Assembly: GCA_043228905.1 (NCBI GenBank)
Contig: JBHGNT010000010.1
Coordinates: 16,120,001 to 16,184,000 of the forward strand
DNA: 64,000 nucleotides
Source of the DNA: Azolla caroliniana
Lineage: Eukaryota > Plantae > Polypodiophyta
Reading direction: 5' to 3'
Under the pieces are notes generated by a model, which ran no database searches, was not told where the DNA came from, and saw only the letters and a list, made by a program, of their open reading frames with translations. This document shows, one piece after another, positions 61,130 through 64,000 of this stretch; position 1 is the first letter of the stretch; every line of letters begins with the position of its first letter. The position numbers were made by a program, and so were the translations under genes.

Positions 61130-62480
61130 AAAAAGTCATCGCTAAAGGTTTCTCCAAATGCTGACATACGAGTTGCGTTGCTATGTCTTTCATTCTTTCG
61201 CTATCTCTGAACGGCCAGCTTGCTCAAAAGAACTGATAGATTAGCTTGCTCACAAGACTTAATTAGTTGTCTTCCATGTCTTTCCCTAAAGCTGTTCACC
61301 ATATGTTTCATCTATTTGATATGTCTAAAAGGGCATAGATAAAGATTGCTTGTAAGAGCTAACTATTTGTCTTCCATGTCTTTCATGTTTTTGACACGTC
61401 TGAAACGCCTAGCTGAATCATTCTCACAGAAATGACTAAATGTCATCATATTACAACACACTAGTGCTTGCCATGTCTGCCATTTGTTTCCTATGCTAGA
61501 AACTCCATTGCTAAAACTTTCTCAAAGAACTAACTTGAATTTTCTATATCTGAAAAGCCATCACTAAAGCGTTGCTAAATCAGCTTTCTTTTGGTTATAT
61601 TACTACAGACTAGTTGGCGTCTATATCTTTCAACTGTTTTCAATGTTTGAAATTCCACAACAAAAACTGGTTCAAGGAACTTATTAGTTGTGTGTCTTAA
61701 TCATTGTCACTAAAATGTGGTCGAAGAACTGACTTAATCTGGTTATATTAGGAAAGACTAAATGTTTGCTATGTCTGAAACACAATTACTATAGTCTGGT
61801 CAAGGAGTTTGTTAATTTCTATTTCTGAAGTGCCATTGCTAAAGTTTGGCCAAAGATCCGACTTAATTTGGTCATATTTCAAAAGTTTAATTGTTTGGGA
61901 AATACCATCACTAAAGCGTGATTAATGAACTGATTTTTATCTCATATTACCATACTCTAGTTGTTCGTAGTCCAACATGCCATAGCTAAAACTTGCCCAA
62001 AGAACTGATTTTTCATCATACAATGGTTAGTTGTTTGGTATGTCTGAATTTCCATTGCAAATCTGGTTCAAAGAACTTGCTCATTATGGTCATATTGTAA
62101 CAGACTAGTTGTTTGTTATGACTGAAGTGCTGCCTTTTAGTTCATAATACAACAGACTCTGTTTGCTATGTCCAAAATTCTATAACTGAAGCTCTCCCAA
62201 AGAACTGATTTCTCATCATACAACAATTAGTTTTTTGTAAAGTCTGAATCACCATTTGTTCAAATAACTTGTTCAATATGATCGTATTATAACAGACTAG
62301 TTGTTTGTGTTTGTATTACAATAAACTAGTTGTTTTCAATGTCTTAAATACAGTAAGACGCCGTTAAAGATTTATCAAGGAACTGACATTTAGCTATATT
62401 ACAACTGATTGCATCTTATTCATCTGTTGGCCATGTTTGAAACGTCATTGCTAACACTTGCTAAAATACCTTTCGTGGTC
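61130..62480. repeat. Degenerate minisatellite-like array, probably intronic
   Basis: Recurring AAAGAACTGA...TAGTTG...TATGTCTGAA...CCATTGCTAAA motifs with irregular spacing. Confidence 0.6.
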
Positions 62481-62543
62481 ATAGCACAATACGTCTCAGA
62501 GTATGCTCCGAGTTCAAGAATGGAGAATACAGTTCTACTCTAG

Positions 62544-62690
62544 AGTTCAAGAATGAGGACACTCTTCTTTCCTATGGTTGTGAATCCACACTCAAAGGCT
62601 GTTCAAAGATGGAACAAATTCTTTGTAATCGCATGCTTGGTGGCAATATTTGTTGATCCACTATTCTTCTTGCTCTTTTCAGTAGATTCA
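62544..62690 (+). CDS. CNGC: Exon of a cyclic nucleotide-gated channel (CNGC, group IV-A-like), S1 region; partial gene
   Basis: VVNPHSKAVQRWNKFFVIACLVAIFVDPLFFLLFSV followed by donor GTGAGT at 62691. The 5' boundary (acceptor at 62543 or ATG at 62553) is uncertain. Confidence 0.78.
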
Positions 62691-62760
62691 GTGAGTATTT
62701 TATTTCTAAAGCATTTCTTATTTCATTTTATAATATGATTATCGAAGTTGGAACTAGCTG

Positions 62761-62808
62761 AGCGCTTCGCATGCGAGAGGCATGGGGATCGATACCCCAC
62801 TTCTCCAA
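62761..62808 (+). pseudogene. 5'-truncated tRNA-Ala(CGC)-derived fragment inside a 178-bp insertion
   Basis: CGC-TTCGCAT-GCG anticodon arm, TGGGG-ATCGATA-CCCCA T arm, CTTCTCCA end; 18-bp direct repeats at 62743-62760 and 62939-62956. Confidence 0.7.
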
Positions 62809-62956
62809 TGTATAAGACAGCAAGATTATTATTCGGAGATATTCAACCATGTACTTCAACCTATAAATACGAACTACATAAAAATGACATGAATATATGG
62901 TGATTGTTTTATAATATATGTATGTTACTAAATCAGGACGAAGTTGGAACTAGCTG

Positions 62957-63395
62957 TGGGCCCTAGTTTGGCTCAAACCAAACTGAACTGTTAAGCCATG
63001 GTTTTAATTGTTTATTGGTTTGGATATAAGTAATTGGTTTGGTTTGGTTTCAAATATTATAAATGGTTTTGTTCTACAACTAGGGTTTATCACTTTATAG
63101 GTTTAGGTGGCTTGGTTTAATGGTTTATTGGGTTTTTGTTTAACTTTTTATTTGTTTCCCTAATGGTTTAATTAATTTAACTTAACTGCATTTATTAGTT
63201 TAATGTTTTCTTTTGTTTAAATAATTTAATTTATTTTGACGTATGGTTTACATTTGTGATTAAATAGTTCAGTTTGGTTTCAAAATCTCCTTCGATGGTT
63301 TGGTTTAAACAAGTCAGTTTCACTTTGGTTTGGTTTTTGTTATTTATAAATGGTTTGGTTTAGTTTGAAGGCCAAAAAACCAAACCAGGCTTGTA
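62957..63395. mobile_element. Degenerate MITE related to 45997-46415
   Basis: AAACC/GGTTT subterminal repeats; AACTGTTAAGCCATGGTTT is nearly the reverse complement of AAACCATGGCTTAACGGTT in the first MITE. Ends are unclear. Confidence 0.5.
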
Positions 63396-64000
63396 TCTAA
63401 TTGGAACAGAGAACCAAATGCTGTAGAAGATGTATTGGTTGTTATGATGTAACATGTCAAAATCCACACATCTGTTACTTGTCCGTGGGTGGATGAGGAG
63501 TTGTATGGTTCAAGGACACACTACCAATATTATCTCTACATGGGGTTCTTTCCCAAGATCAATAATATCAATCTCTTAGACTTGCTTGACCCTTTGATCA
63601 TGTAAACCAGATTGGTGGTTAAGGTGACTTTTGTGTAGGGTCATGGATGAGTGGATATAAAGTAACCTAGATATAAAACCAATTCAGTTCCTTAGGCCAC
63701 TATCAAAAGAGAGTGAACAAATATAGCGCTCCGAAAAAAGACAAAGAAAGAGAGAGGATAATGAGGTAATGCGAAACGATCCAAACATTGTAAAAGCTAT
63801 AACAAACGTTTTTATACTTCTTCACTTATAGAGAACTTGAGCTACAACTTGTTTTCTTTGATCTTATTGTCTCATTATTCAAATCTCATCGTAAAGCTCA
63901 AGTGTTGAGAAAGAAGCTCAACTCGTGTGAACATGTGCTTATGAAGAAAAGCATGATGTGTGAAAAAGTGCATGAGCACACTTTATTGTCATCTGTGTGA

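Overview
Eukaryotic land-plant genomic DNA, probably a non-seed plant such as a fern (inferred from the retrotransposon lineages, not proven). Bases 1-39841 are a nested LTR-retrotransposon island that can be resolved from LTR pairs, PBS/PPT signals and target-site duplications. A tRNA-Trp-primed Gypsy element F (30440-39841, -) contains a Tcn1-like chromovirus G (30918-36175, +) and is cut by element E (extra ORF plus probable 3' LTR, 26265-30439, +). E carries a solo LTR (28853-29553) and Gypsy A (<1-26264, +). A carries Copia B (1111-14067, -) and a gag-only non-autonomous element D (14613-21150, -). One LTR of B carries Gypsy C (1132-8129, -). All element coding regions have a few stops or frameshifts. 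Bases 39842-64000 are AT-rich and gene-bearing: a hAT-type MITE, microsatellites, a 3-exon SPL8-like SBP-box gene (~1084 aa, 55329-58984), a ~237-bp tandem repeat, and one exon of a CNGC channel gene with a tRNA-Ala-derived insertion in the following intron. The main signals are: (1) a tRNA-like Pol III A/B-box module placed antisense in the U3 of two different LTR families; (2) a conserved, covarying G_GAU_UUU plus pseudoknot -1 frameshift signal located after the protease in three Gypsy elements; (3) a Tf1-type self-priming signature in the chromovirus; (4) a candidate miR529-like site in the SPL8-like leader.
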